A stretch of DNA of 33,090 nucleotides from assembly GCA_034722055.1 (NCBI GenBank), contig JAYENL010000029.1:1-33090 (forward strand). The letters are read 5' to 3'. The DNA comes from Armatimonadota bacterium. Lineage in GTDB: Bacteria; Armatimonadota; Zipacnadia; Zipacnadales; UBA5352. Below are positions 9,241-17,602 of the stretch, in pieces. Each line of letters begins with the position of its first letter. Position 1 is the first letter of the stretch. The notes beneath the pieces are model-generated. The model worked only from the letters and a program-made list of their open reading frames with translations, did not search any database and had not been told where the DNA came from. Made by a program: the position numbers and the translations under genes.

Positions 9241-9651
9241 TCAGCCCTCGAACAGCTCCTCCTCCGACATGCGGAGGACCCGGAGGGCGGCGGTCTCGTC
9301 GTCGGCCTCCTCCATCCAGGGCCCGAACCGCTCGATGACCTCGCGGCGCGGCGTGATAGTCACGGCCGCGCCGCTGTCGGCTACGGTCACCGTCAGGGAG
9401 ATCTCCTCGGCCGGGATAAGCTCGATGTTGGCCTTGCCCAGCGTGCACCCGGTGGAGTACTGCACGCCATCGGCGAAGCAGGAGGGCGGGGGCTGCGGCG
9501 GGCAGTGCACGCGCGCGCTGATACCGAAGTGCGGCTCGGCCTCCAGCTTGTTCAGCGCCAGCCGCCCCGCGCGGTAGCCCAGCATCGCGAAGGGCCCCAG
9601 ATGCCCGTGGAAGGCCCGCAGGGCCTCGATCTCCTCGCGCTGCGGCGCCAT
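9241..9651 (-). CDS. FmdE-family (formylmethanofuran dehydrogenase subunit E-like) protein
   Basis: FHGHLGP, CFADGVQYSTGCTLGKANI motifs; ATG at 9651 directly after the upstream stop. Confidence 0.85.
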   Translation of the reverse strand: MAPQREEIEALRAFHGHLGPFAMLGYRAGRLALNKLEAEPHFGISARVHCPPQPPPSCFADGVQYSTGCTLGKANIELIPAEEISLTVTVADSGAAVTITPRREVIERFGPWMEEADDETAALRVLRMSEEELFEG

Positions 9652-9652
9652 C

Positions 9653-10372
9653 CTACTCCTCCTCGTCCGGGATGACCAGGATCCGAAGGCAGTTCTCACA
9701 CCTGACTACGGAGTCCCCGCGTTCGATGGTCGGGATGCGGCCATGCGGCACGGCCACCTGGCAGGCCTGGCAGGTCTCATCCACGACAGCCGCCACGGCC
9801 ACGCCCCCCAGCCGCTCCCGGAGCTGCTCATACTGCGAGGTCAGAGCCGGCTCCAGCTCCGACACCACCTCCTGACGCTGCTCCTGGAGCTGCTCGATCT
9901 CCTCGCGCGCCTGCGCGGTGGTTGTCTGGTAGGTCTCGGTGATCTCATCGTGCTCGGTCTGCAGCCGGTCAACACGCTGCTGCTGCGCCTCGACTGCCTC
10001 CTCCACGTCGTCGATCTCCTCCAGCAGCTCCAGGATCATGTCCTCGTGCCGCTCGACGTTGCGCGTCAGCTCCTGGATCTTCTGCTCCAGCGCGCTGAGC
10101 TCCTTGGGGTCGGAGACCGTCCCGCCGTAGGCGCGGTCGGACTTCTCCTGCTTCTCGGCCTCCACGGTCTGCAGGTCCAGCTCCAGCTTGCGGTGCCGCG
10201 CCTGCATCTCCCGGAGGCTCTTCTGAAGCTGGTCCAGCCTCTCGCGGGCCTGCTCCAGCCGCTGGAGAACCTCGGTGCCATCGTCGATCGTCTCCAGCAG
10301 CTCCCGCCGCCGGTCGATGGCGCTGTCGATCATCTGCAGCTTATAGAGCCGATTGAAGTCCTGTTTGTCCAT
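9653..10372 (-). CDS. Coiled-coil protein with C4 zinc ribbon (DUF164/CT398-like)
   Basis: LYKLQMID start, long heptad coiled coil, then YEQLR...GVAVA...CQAC...CENC(L)RIL. Confidence 0.88.
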   Translation of the reverse strand: MDKQDFNRLYKLQMIDSAIDRRRELLETIDDGTEVLQRLEQARERLDQLQKSLREMQARHRKLELDLQTVEAEKQEKSDRAYGGTVSDPKELSALEQKIQELTRNVERHEDMILELLEEIDDVEEAVEAQQQRVDRLQTEHDEITETYQTTTAQAREEIEQLQEQRQEVVSELEPALTSQYEQLRERLGGVAVAAVVDETCQACQVAVPHGRIPTIERGDSVVRCENCLRILVIPDEEE

Positions 10373-10418
10373 GCGCCCATCACTCCGCGATACAGCGTGT
10401 GCGCCCCGTGACCCCGAC

Positions 10419-11201
10419 TCAGCACGGCTCGCCGGCAAAGGGGTCAGTGACCACCGCGGATTCCACCACCGTCACTTCCGACCCCAGGCGGTCTTGCAGG
10501 GCCTTCGCCAGCCTCCCCACCACCGGCCGCTCGGTGGCGTAGTGCCCTGCGTCGATGACCGCCAGCCCCACCGCCAGCGCGTCCAGGGCGTCGTGGTGCG
10601 TGAGATCGCCGCACACCAGCACGTCCGCGGCGGCCGCCGCCGCGGCCACCGCATCTCCCCCCGACCCGGGCATCACCGCCACCCACCTGACGGGCGCGTC
10701 CTCACCCACCACCGTCATCCGCCCCGGTCCAAGCAGCTCCCTGACCGCCTCGGCCAGCTCGCACACGCTCATCTCCCCGGCAAGCTCGCCCACCAAGCCC
10801 AGGGCCACCCCATCCTCCTCCAGCAGCGGCGTGGCGTCAGTCAGCTCCAGAAGCTCAGCCAGCGTGGCCGCGGTACCCACCTCCGGCGCGGCGTCGAGAT
10901 TCGTGTGCGCCGCGTAGACCGCGATGCCCTCCCCGAGGAGGCGCTCGATCAACGCCCCCAGCGGCAGATCGGTGCGCACCGCCGGCATCGGTCGGAAGAT
11001 CAGCGGGTGGTGGGCGACGATCAGCTCCGCTCCGACCTGGAGGGCCTCATCCACCACCTCAGCGGTGACCTCCAGGCAGACCAGCACCGTGCCAACCGCG
11101 GCCTCGGGGCTGCCCACCTGCAAGCCCACGTTATCCCACTCCTGGGCCGCATCAGGCGGCGCCAGCGCCTCGATCTGCGCGATGACGTCGGCTGCTGTCA
11201 T
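10419..11201 (-). CDS. Nif3-like dinuclear metal centre protein (YbgI/DUF34, short form)
   Basis: WDNVGLQVG, AHHPLIF, HTNLD, GSGG, DLTHH, DAGHYATE; RBS GGAGG. Confidence 0.92.
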   Translation of the reverse strand: MTAADVIAQIEALAPPDAAQEWDNVGLQVGSPEAAVGTVLVCLEVTAEVVDEALQVGAELIVAHHPLIFRPMPAVRTDLPLGALIERLLGEGIAVYAAHTNLDAAPEVGTAATLAELLELTDATPLLEEDGVALGLVGELAGEMSVCELAEAVRELLGPGRMTVVGEDAPVRWVAVMPGSGGDAVAAAAAAADVLVCGDLTHHDALDALAVGLAVIDAGHYATERPVVGRLAKALQDRLGSEVTVVESAVVTDPFAGEPC

Positions 11202-11226
11202 GCTTCCTCCGGCCGGAATACTCCCC

Positions 11227-11253
11227 TTAGCACTCTCCGGGGTCGAGTGCTAA
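11227..11253. promoter_or_regulatory. CIRCE element (HrcA operator)
   Basis: TTAGCACTC-tccggggtc-GAGTGCTAA is an exact match to the TTAGCACTC-N9-GAGTGCTAA consensus. Confidence 0.93.
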
Positions 11254-11269
11254 CACCCCCGGAACGGGC

Positions 11270-11298
11270 TTGACTCCGCCCCCTGAGCCCTGTATACT
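11270..11298 (+). promoter_or_regulatory. Sigma70-type promoter for the FmdB-type gene
   Basis: TTGACT (11270-11275)-N17-TATACT (11293-11298). Confidence 0.75.
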
Positions 11299-11339
11299 TG
11301 GCTGAGTTCACGAAGCAATCTGGGAGGCGTCCGGCACCA

Positions 11340-11606
11340 ATGCCCATCTACGACTACAAGTGCGACAAGTGCGGCCGCGTCTTCGAGCTCACCCACGGTT
11401 TCGACGAAAAGCCCGACGATACCTGTCGGGCGGACGGCTGTGAGGGGACGCTTCGCCGCGTCTTCAGCCCGCCCACGATCATCTTCAAGGGCAGCGGCTG
11501 GCATGTCACCGATTACGGGCGCGGCAACGGCCGCGCCGAGCGGGCAGACACCGAGGGCCGCCAGGAGGCCGAGAAGGCCGAGGAGTCCGTCGAGGCCGCG
11601 GAGTAG
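11340..11606 (+). CDS. FmdB-family zinc-ribbon regulatory protein
   Basis: MPIYDYKCDKCG...FE...C...C...LRRVFS...IIFKGSGWHVTDY; RBS GGAGG. Confidence 0.92.
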   Translation: MPIYDYKCDKCGRVFELTHGFDEKPDDTCRADGCEGTLRRVFSPPTIIFKGSGWHVTDYGRGNGRAERADTEGRQEAEKAEESVEAAE

Positions 11607-11610
11607 GACT

Positions 11611-11633
11611 CCGGCCGTAAGAGCTTACGCCGG
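11611..11633. terminator. Possible hairpin between convergent genes
   Basis: CCGGC(C)GTAA-gagc-TTACGCCGG; bulged stem, no clear U-tract. Confidence 0.3.
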
Positions 11634-11677
11634 CCGTGGCAGTCGCCGCGGCCGGCTTCTCTCCTGTCGGGCCACCG

Positions 11678-12751
11678 TCAGCGAGGGTGGATGATGACCT
11701 TCACGGCCCCGGTGCGGTGCTTATCGGCGGCCACCTCGAAGGCCCGCAGGGCGTCCGCGAGGGCGAAGCGGTGGGTAATCATCGGCTCCACCATCACCTC
11801 GCCGGTGGTTAGAAGCTTCAGGCCCCGCTCGAAGTCCTCCCGCAGGTTGTTGCTCGACGTGGTCACGACCCTCTCCCCCGCCATGGCCGCCGGATCGAGG
11901 GTCAAGCCCTCCGCGGCACCGGCCATGAGCACCAGCGTGCCGCCCGGCGCGAGCATCGACAGCCCCGCCCGCTGCAGCTCCCTCTCGCCGGTGCTGTCGA
12001 AGGCCGCGTCCACGCCTCGCCCACTCGTCCACTGCAGGACCTCCGCGGCCAGCCTGTCGGGCTCAAGCTCCCTCCCGTCGAAGGCGACCTCTGCGCCCAG
12101 CTCCCCGGCACACGAGAGCGCCGCATCGTAGATATCGCTCGCCGCCGCCCCGGATGCCCCCTCGGCCAGCGCTGCCTGCATGATGAGCAGGCCGATCGGC
12201 CCCGCGCCCAGCACCGCAACCCGGTCGCCGGCACGCACTCCCGCCCGGCTGACGGCGTGGATCGCCACGCCCAGGCCGTCCAGGAAGGTGGCCTGGTCGA
12301 AGGTGATGCGGTCGGGCAGCTCGTAGACGTTCTCCCGCCAGACGGGCATCAGCTCGGCCATCCCTCCCGGGTTGAAGCGCCGGTTTGCCCAGCCGGCTCC
12401 GTGGCCGAGGTGTGCCGTGTATCGGCAGAGCTGACTGGCCCCGCGCCGGCACTGTGGGCAGTCCCCGCAGGGGCGGAAGGCCAGCAGGCCCGCCCGCACC
12501 CGCCGCCCCGACATCTCCACCACGCCGGAGACCTCGTGTCCGAGGACCATGTCCGGAGGGTTGGGCTTCTCCACGCCGAGGGTGTGCTTCGCCCAGGGGT
12601 TCTCGCCGGCCAGGTAGCGCAGGTCGCTGCCGCAGATGCCGCAGGCATGGACCTCGCAGAGCACCTCGTCCGGACCGGGCTGCGGCGCCGGGATGCGCTC
12701 CACAACGAGGTCCTCGGGACCCCTCAGCACCGCCGCCAGCATCGTCTCCAT
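11678..12751 (-). CDS. Zinc-dependent MDR alcohol/sugar dehydrogenase
   Basis: CGICGSD, GHE, structural zinc CGDCPQC...C, Rossmann GAGPIG, ITHRF, KVII. Confidence 0.9.
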   Translation of the reverse strand: METMLAAVLRGPEDLVVERIPAPQPGPDEVLCEVHACGICGSDLRYLAGENPWAKHTLGVEKPNPPDMVLGHEVSGVVEMSGRRVRAGLLAFRPCGDCPQCRRGASQLCRYTAHLGHGAGWANRRFNPGGMAELMPVWRENVYELPDRITFDQATFLDGLGVAIHAVSRAGVRAGDRVAVLGAGPIGLLIMQAALAEGASGAAASDIYDAALSCAGELGAEVAFDGRELEPDRLAAEVLQWTSGRGVDAAFDSTGERELQRAGLSMLAPGGTLVLMAGAAEGLTLDPAAMAGERVVTTSSNNLREDFERGLKLLTTGEVMVEPMITHRFALADALRAFEVAADKHRTGAVKVIIHPR

Positions 12752-12786
12752 CGCGTCTCTCTCCGTGAGCTCGCCGCCCTGACCCG

Positions 12787-12815
12787 AAAAAAGGGCCGAA
12801 GCGAGCCTCGGCCCT
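12787..12815 (-). terminator. Rho-independent terminator of the ECF operon
   Basis: Minus strand GGGCCGAGG-ctcg-CTTCGGCCC followed by TTTTTT, about 25 bp after the stop at 12841. Confidence 0.8.
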
Positions 12816-12840
12816 CCAGTGTCGGCGGACGGCGCGGCTG

Positions 12841-13602
12841 CTACTGCCCTTCGGGCTCCTGCTCCTCCGCCGGCTGCTCCGCGGGCAGCAGGATCGCAAG
12901 GATACCTGGAACAAGCTCGGGGTACTTCTCCGTCACCGCCTGCGTCACCTCGCCCGACAGCTCCGGATACTGCTTCGCCATCAGCGCCGCCACGTCGGAC
13001 AGCAGGCCCGGGTGCTTCACCAGCACCTCGCGGTTGACCTCCTTCAGCAGGTCCGGGTAGCGCTCCCGCAGCAGAGCCATCACGTCATCCAGCAGCGCCC
13101 CGTGCTTCTCCCGGATCAGCTTCGCCGCTCGCAGTGCCGGGTCGCCCTCCCCGGCCTCGAGCATGGCCTGCAGCACCTCGGGGTACTTCTCGGCGATCAG
13201 CTCGGTGATCTCCTGGCGCACCTGGGGATAGCGCTCGGCGATGGCCCTTTGCAGCAGGCGTTGCACGGTGGCTGGCAGCCGGGGATGGCGAGAGGCAATC
13301 AGCGTCTGCAGCTCGCGGTCGAGCTCCAGGAGGACACCCGGCTGCCCGGCCTGCAGCAGGGCCAGCAGATCCGTCGAGAGGGTGGGATAGCGGTTGCGGA
13401 TGAAGCGCAGCACCCGCGCCCGCTGGTCCTCGGTGGCCGAGGCCAGCAGCTCGAACAGCCCTGGCTCGGCGGGTGGCTCCTGGGGCTCCTCCTCAGTCGC
13501 GGCCGGCTCCGGCGGGGGAGCGTCCTCTTCCGTGTCCACGTCTGCCGGCGCCAGGCCGGCGGTGAGCAGCAGGGCGAGGACGATCGGCAGTGCAGTGCGC
13601 AT
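12841..13602 (-). CDS. Secreted hypothetical protein with ~15-aa helical [KR][YH]P repeats
   Basis: Signal peptide MRTALPIVLALLLTAGLAPA, acidic Pro-rich linker, repeated RYP/KYP/KHP motifs; last gene of the ECF operon. Confidence 0.7.
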   Translation of the reverse strand: MRTALPIVLALLLTAGLAPADVDTEEDAPPPEPAATEEEPQEPPAEPGLFELLASATEDQRARVLRFIRNRYPTLSTDLLALLQAGQPGVLLELDRELQTLIASRHPRLPATVQRLLQRAIAERYPQVRQEITELIAEKYPEVLQAMLEAGEGDPALRAAKLIREKHGALLDDVMALLRERYPDLLKEVNREVLVKHPGLLSDVAALMAKQYPELSGEVTQAVTEKYPELVPGILAILLPAEQPAEEQEPEGQ

Positions 13603-13610
13603 CAGCGAGG

Positions 13611-14639
13611 TCAGTTCCCCGCCTCGGCCAGCGCGCGGCCCATGGATTGAGTGAAGCACAGCCCGAAGCCGCTCGTCTCCGCGGTCCCGGGTGTGTCGGC
13701 GCTGAGGGCCAGCATGGACTGCGTGAAGCACAGCGCGAAGCCGCTCGTCTCCCTGCCCTCATCCACGAGGACGGGCCCGATCTCCGCGGTGGGCGTATCG
13801 GTGACCACGGCCAGGGCCGTTGGCTGGCTCTCCAGCAGATTCTCGGCGACGAACTTCTCCACGACCGCACCGGCCACGACCCCCGTCGCCACCTCGGTCT
13901 CCATGCGGCTCGCGCCATCCGCGGGCAACGGCCCGATCTCGACCCCTCCCCGCGTGGTGCGCGGGGCCGCTCCGAAGACGGCGGCGGTCTCCCCGCGCGG
14001 CGCCACCGGCCCGGCGGCATCGAGGTGCATCGCTTCAGGCCCGGTGTCGGCGTAGGCCACTCTCGGCGCCTCAGCGGCCTCAGGAGGGCGCTCGGCCGCG
14101 GACATCGGCCGCGCGCCGGACCGGCGGCCGCCGGCGACCCCGGCCGGCGGCACCAGGGCCAGAGCCGCCGCTGCCGGCGCAGGTGAAGGCGCCTCCGGCT
14201 CCCGCGTCGCCTCTTCGGCGGCGGATACATCGTGCGGCCGCTCGGCGACTTCCACAGCGCCGCCACTGTCGGGCGGCTCCGCAACGATCTGCGGCGAGGT
14301 CTGCGGCTGCATCACACGTGGCAGGACGGTGATGGCGAGGACGGCCGCAGCGGCCGCAGCGGCGACCAGCACAGGCGTCTGGAACCGCTGGAAGATCGTG
14401 GCCGGCCGCCTCAGCTCCATGGCCGCCTCCGCCCGGATCGCGCTCAGCAGCCCGTCCGGCGGCTCCGGATCGGGCGTCGCCCGGAGCAGCTCGCGCGCGG
14501 CGGCCAGCTCCTGGTATCGCCTGCTGCATTCGGCACAGCCGTCGAGATGCTGGTGACACCCCGCGGCCTCCTCAGCGGTCAGCTCGCCGTCGAGCAGCGC
14601 GCTGAGCTGCGCCTGGATTCGTTCGCACTCCCGGTTCAT
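13611..14639 (-). CDS. Zinc-binding anti-sigma factor (zf-HC2) with TM helix and extracytoplasmic tail
   Basis: LSALLDGEL...HLDGCAEC (HxxxCxxC), one TM segment; directly follows the ECF sigma gene. Confidence 0.88.
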   Translation of the reverse strand: MNRECERIQAQLSALLDGELTAEEAAGCHQHLDGCAECSRRYQELAAARELLRATPDPEPPDGLLSAIRAEAAMELRRPATIFQRFQTPVLVAAAAAAAVLAITVLPRVMQPQTSPQIVAEPPDSGGAVEVAERPHDVSAAEEATREPEAPSPAPAAAALALVPPAGVAGGRRSGARPMSAAERPPEAAEAPRVAYADTGPEAMHLDAAGPVAPRGETAAVFGAAPRTTRGGVEIGPLPADGASRMETEVATGVVAGAVVEKFVAENLLESQPTALAVVTDTPTAEIGPVLVDEGRETSGFALCFTQSMLALSADTPGTAETSGFGLCFTQSMGRALAEAGN

Positions 14640-14684
14640 CGCACTCTCCCGGTACCGCGTCCTGCCGTCTTCGCAATCCCCGGC

Positions 14685-15314
14685 TTAGATCGACACCTTG
14701 CCGTCCTCGTAATCCTGCCACTTCTCCGCGAACTGCCGCCGCGCCCGCGCCAGCCGCGACTTCAGCGTCCCCAGCGGGCACTCCAGCACGGTGGCGGCCT
14801 CCTCGTAGTCAAGCTGCTGCAGGTCCACCAGCGTCAGCGCCGCCCGGTGCTTGGGGCTGAGCGTGGCCACGATGGCCTGCACCGCCCGTCGTATCTCGGC
14901 CCGCTCCGCCATCACGTGCGGGCTCCGCGTCTCATCGGGCACCGCACGGGGGACCGTGCCGTCCTCCCTCTCCAGGTCCTCGTCCAGCGACGGGCCCTCC
15001 ACCGCGGCTCGCCGCTTGCGCCGGCGCAGCTCATTGATGCACACGTTCACGGCGATCCGGTACAGCCAGGTCCGGAAGCTGGCGTCGCCGTGGAACTGAA
15101 ATTTGCGCAGCGCCCGCAGCGCCCGCAGAAAGATCTCTTGCGTCAAGTCCGCGGCATCCTGGCCCCCGCACATGCGGTAGACGATGCCGTAGACGTTGCC
15201 GTGGTACCGGTCAGCAAGCACCCCAAAGGCCTCGGCGCTACCATTCTGCGCCGCCTCAACCAGGGCCTGATCCGCCCGGTCCGCATCGGCCTGATCGGCC
15301 CCAAAAGCCTTCAC
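14685..15314 (-). CDS. ECF-type sigma-70 factor
   Basis: DLTQEIFLRA, FRTWLYRIAVN, region 4 YEEAATVLECPLGTLKSRLARAR. GTG 15314 (RBS GAGGA) is preferred over ATG 15353, which lies inside the putative promoter. Confidence 0.9.
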   Translation of the reverse strand: MKAFGADQADADRADQALVEAAQNGSAEAFGVLADRYHGNVYGIVYRMCGGQDAADLTQEIFLRALRALRKFQFHGDASFRTWLYRIAVNVCINELRRRKRRAAVEGPSLDEDLEREDGTVPRAVPDETRSPHVMAERAEIRRAVQAIVATLSPKHRAALTLVDLQQLDYEEAATVLECPLGTLKSRLARARRQFAEKWQDYEDGKVSI

Positions 15315-15336
15315 CGGGAGATCCTCACTGTCAACA

Positions 15337-15361
15337 AACGCTTCGCTACCCATAAGGTTCC
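15337..15361 (-). promoter_or_regulatory. Putative ECF-dependent (autoregulatory) promoter
   Basis: Minus strand GGAAC-N16-CGTT, just upstream of the ECF gene RBS. Confidence 0.65.
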
Positions 15362-15398
15362 GCCACTGCGCGTTAAGGTCACGCCGAGCGCCCGCCGC

Positions 15399-16106
15399 TC
15401 AGCCCAGCGTCATGGTGCGGATGATGCGATACAGCTCCAGCGCAATGAGCGCCTGGCCGGCGACGGTGGGGTGCACGCCGTCGTAGCGGCTGATGAGGTC
15501 CGCGATGCAGGTCAGGTCACCTGCATCATCGGTGTCCCCGTCGAACTCGGACTCCACCGCCCGGTCGTAGAAGGCCCGCTTGAGGTCGCACACGGTCAGC
15601 TCCTGCTCCGCCGCCACCTCGCGGATGACCTGGTCGTACTCCATGAGCGCATTGTTGCAGCCGCCCCAGGGATCATAGAAGTCCACCTCCTGGGAGTAGA
15701 CATGGAACTGGTCCACGATCGGCGTCGGCGTGCAGATGACAATCTCCGTGCAGACCTCGCGGATGCGCTCCACCATCTCGACCAGGTTCGCCCCGAAGTC
15801 ATCCAGCTCCACTCGCTTCTCGGGCTCGTACCGGACGTCGTTGCAGGCGAATTCCACCACCACCAGGTCCGGGCGGTGGGCGATGACGTCCTCGTCGATG
15901 CGCGCCAGGCCCTCCACGGTGTTCTCGCCCGGCACCCCGGAGTTGATGACGGTCACGGCCTCGCTCTGCTGCCCCAGCGTGCGATTCAGTCGCCGCTCCA
16001 GCACCGCAGGATAGGTGTCGTCCTCCGGCACGTACGGGTAGCCCCGCGTGATGGATGTTCCGAAGCAGACGATGGTGCTGCGCCTGAGGATCTGCTCCTC
16101 GCTCAC
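15399..16106 (-). CDS. SGNH/GDSL-family hydrolase
   Basis: Block I FGTSIT, block II NSGVPGENT, block III ACND, block V DGVHP. Confidence 0.88.
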   Translation of the reverse strand: MSEEQILRRSTIVCFGTSITRGYPYVPEDDTYPAVLERRLNRTLGQQSEAVTVINSGVPGENTVEGLARIDEDVIAHRPDLVVVEFACNDVRYEPEKRVELDDFGANLVEMVERIREVCTEIVICTPTPIVDQFHVYSQEVDFYDPWGGCNNALMEYDQVIREVAAEQELTVCDLKRAFYDRAVESEFDGDTDDAGDLTCIADLISRYDGVHPTVAGQALIALELYRIIRTMTLG

Positions 16107-16474
16107 TGCGCCTCACCCGCCTTCACCGCGGCCTGTTCGACCGCCATCTCGATGTCGTCGAGCACCAGCGTCAGGTCGTGGAAGCCGATGGTCCTCAGCG
16201 CCTTGAGCTGGCTGCCCGGCGCCGCCACCACGATCATGTCGCCGCCGTGCAGCCGCAGACGGCCCAGCACCGCCAGGATCTCCGTCAGCGCCCGCTCGTG
16301 GACGATCGTGGCGTCGGACAGGTCCACGACCATGAACCGGTCGCCACTGTCCACGAGGTTGTGCATCAGACCGCACAGCCGGTCGGAGCCGGACTCGCCA
16401 CACTCCACCTCGCCGTGTACTTCGACCACCACGACCTCCGGATGTTCCTCCGATGCGTAGATCGTCGTCTCCAC
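16103..16474 (-). CDS. STAS-domain protein (anti-sigma antagonist-like)
   Basis: VVEVHGEVE...VVDLSDATIV...GGDMIVV...LRTIGF pattern; GTG start with RBS GGGAGG. Confidence 0.75.
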   Translation of the reverse strand: METTIYASEEHPEVVVVEVHGEVECGESGSDRLCGLMHNLVDSGDRFMVVDLSDATIVHERALTEILAVLGRLRLHGGDMIVVAAPGSQLKALRTIGFHDLTLVLDDIEMAVEQAAVKAGEAQ

Positions 16475-16634
16475 GTGGCCAGCCTCCCGCTCGGAACGTC
16501 CCAGCGGAGTCGTCTCGACGCATCGCCATGCCAGTAGCGGCAATGAGAGCTCGGTGCCCGGGCTGCACGTGTCTGAGGGGCCCACGCCAGCACCCAGGAC
16601 CGGATCAACGCCTGCGCCTCATCCCTGCTGGTCG

Positions 16635-17474
16635 CTACACCGGCATCGGCGCGTGGTGCTCCTCGGCCCAGGCGATCAGCTCCTGGGCGCAGCGGTCCGG
16701 GACGTCGATCCCGCCGACCGCCACCGGGTAGCTGCCCTCCGGGCCGTGCGAGTCCGTCCCGCCGGTCACCAGCAGGTCGTTCTCCTCGGCAAAGCGGATG
16801 GCGCGCCGGGTGTTGGACGGCGTGTGATGCGTATGATACGCCTCGATGCCCTCAATGCCGGCATCGATCAGCCCCTCGATAACGTAGTCAGACACCCCCA
16901 GCCCCGGGTGCGCCAGCACCGGGCAGCCGGAGGCGTTGAGGATGGCCTCCACCGCCTCGAAGGGCGAGAGCTTGTAGCGCGGCACGTAGGCCGGCCTGTC
17001 GCGGCCCAGGAAGCGGTCGAAGGCCTCCTGCACCTCGGTGATGTACCCCTTCTCCAGCAGCGCCTGGGCCACGTGGGGGCGCCCCAGGCTCACACCGTCG
17101 CTCTGCGCCAGCACGTCCTCGATGGTGATCTCCACGCCCAGCGCCCGCAGCTTTCCCACGATCTCGTCCGCGCGCAGCCGCCGGGCCTCGCGCACATAGG
17201 TGAACTTGGCGTGCAGCTCCTCGTTGTCGAGCTCGATCCAGTAGCCGAGGATGTGCACCTCGGCCTTGTGGAACTCGGTGCTGATCTCCACGGCCGGGAT
17301 GACGGTCAGATCGCTGCCGCGCGCGGCCTCGATGGCCGGCATCACACCGCGAACGGTGTCGTGGTCGGTGATGGCGATGGCGGTCAGGCGCTTCTCAATG
17401 GCCTCGGCGACAATCTCCTCCGGCGTCTGGGATCCGTCCGAGCACGTCGAGTGTATGTGCAGGTCACAGCTCAT
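16635..17474 (-). CDS. PHP-domain metal-dependent phosphoesterase (TrpH/YciV-like)
   Basis: DLHIHSTCSDG, AITDHDT, EIS, HILGY, GRPHVA, LAHPG, GGTDSHG. Confidence 0.92.
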   Translation of the reverse strand: MSCDLHIHSTCSDGSQTPEEIVAEAIEKRLTAIAITDHDTVRGVMPAIEAARGSDLTVIPAVEISTEFHKAEVHILGYWIELDNEELHAKFTYVREARRLRADEIVGKLRALGVEITIEDVLAQSDGVSLGRPHVAQALLEKGYITEVQEAFDRFLGRDRPAYVPRYKLSPFEAVEAILNASGCPVLAHPGLGVSDYVIEGLIDAGIEGIEAYHTHHTPSNTRRAIRFAEENDLLVTGGTDSHGPEGSYPVAVGGIDVPDRCAQELIAWAEEHHAPMPV

Positions 17475-17602
17475 TCAGTGGCCAGCTCTCTCGTTCGTGC
17501 ATCACTGTTAGCAGGCGTACCTTCGCGCCCGGTGACGCGGCTACCTTCCCGGAGACGTCGTAGCGGGGCGAGGCGAGGCCATGGCCGGCGCAGGTCCGCG
17601 CC

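Noticed and set aside
14232..16460. Long alternative-frame ORFs (14232..16460 +, 6507..8324 -, 19905..21617 +, 17843..19324 +, 3254..4675 -)
   Set aside because: Antisense shadows of well-supported genes, expected in high-GC DNA; no recognisable motifs.
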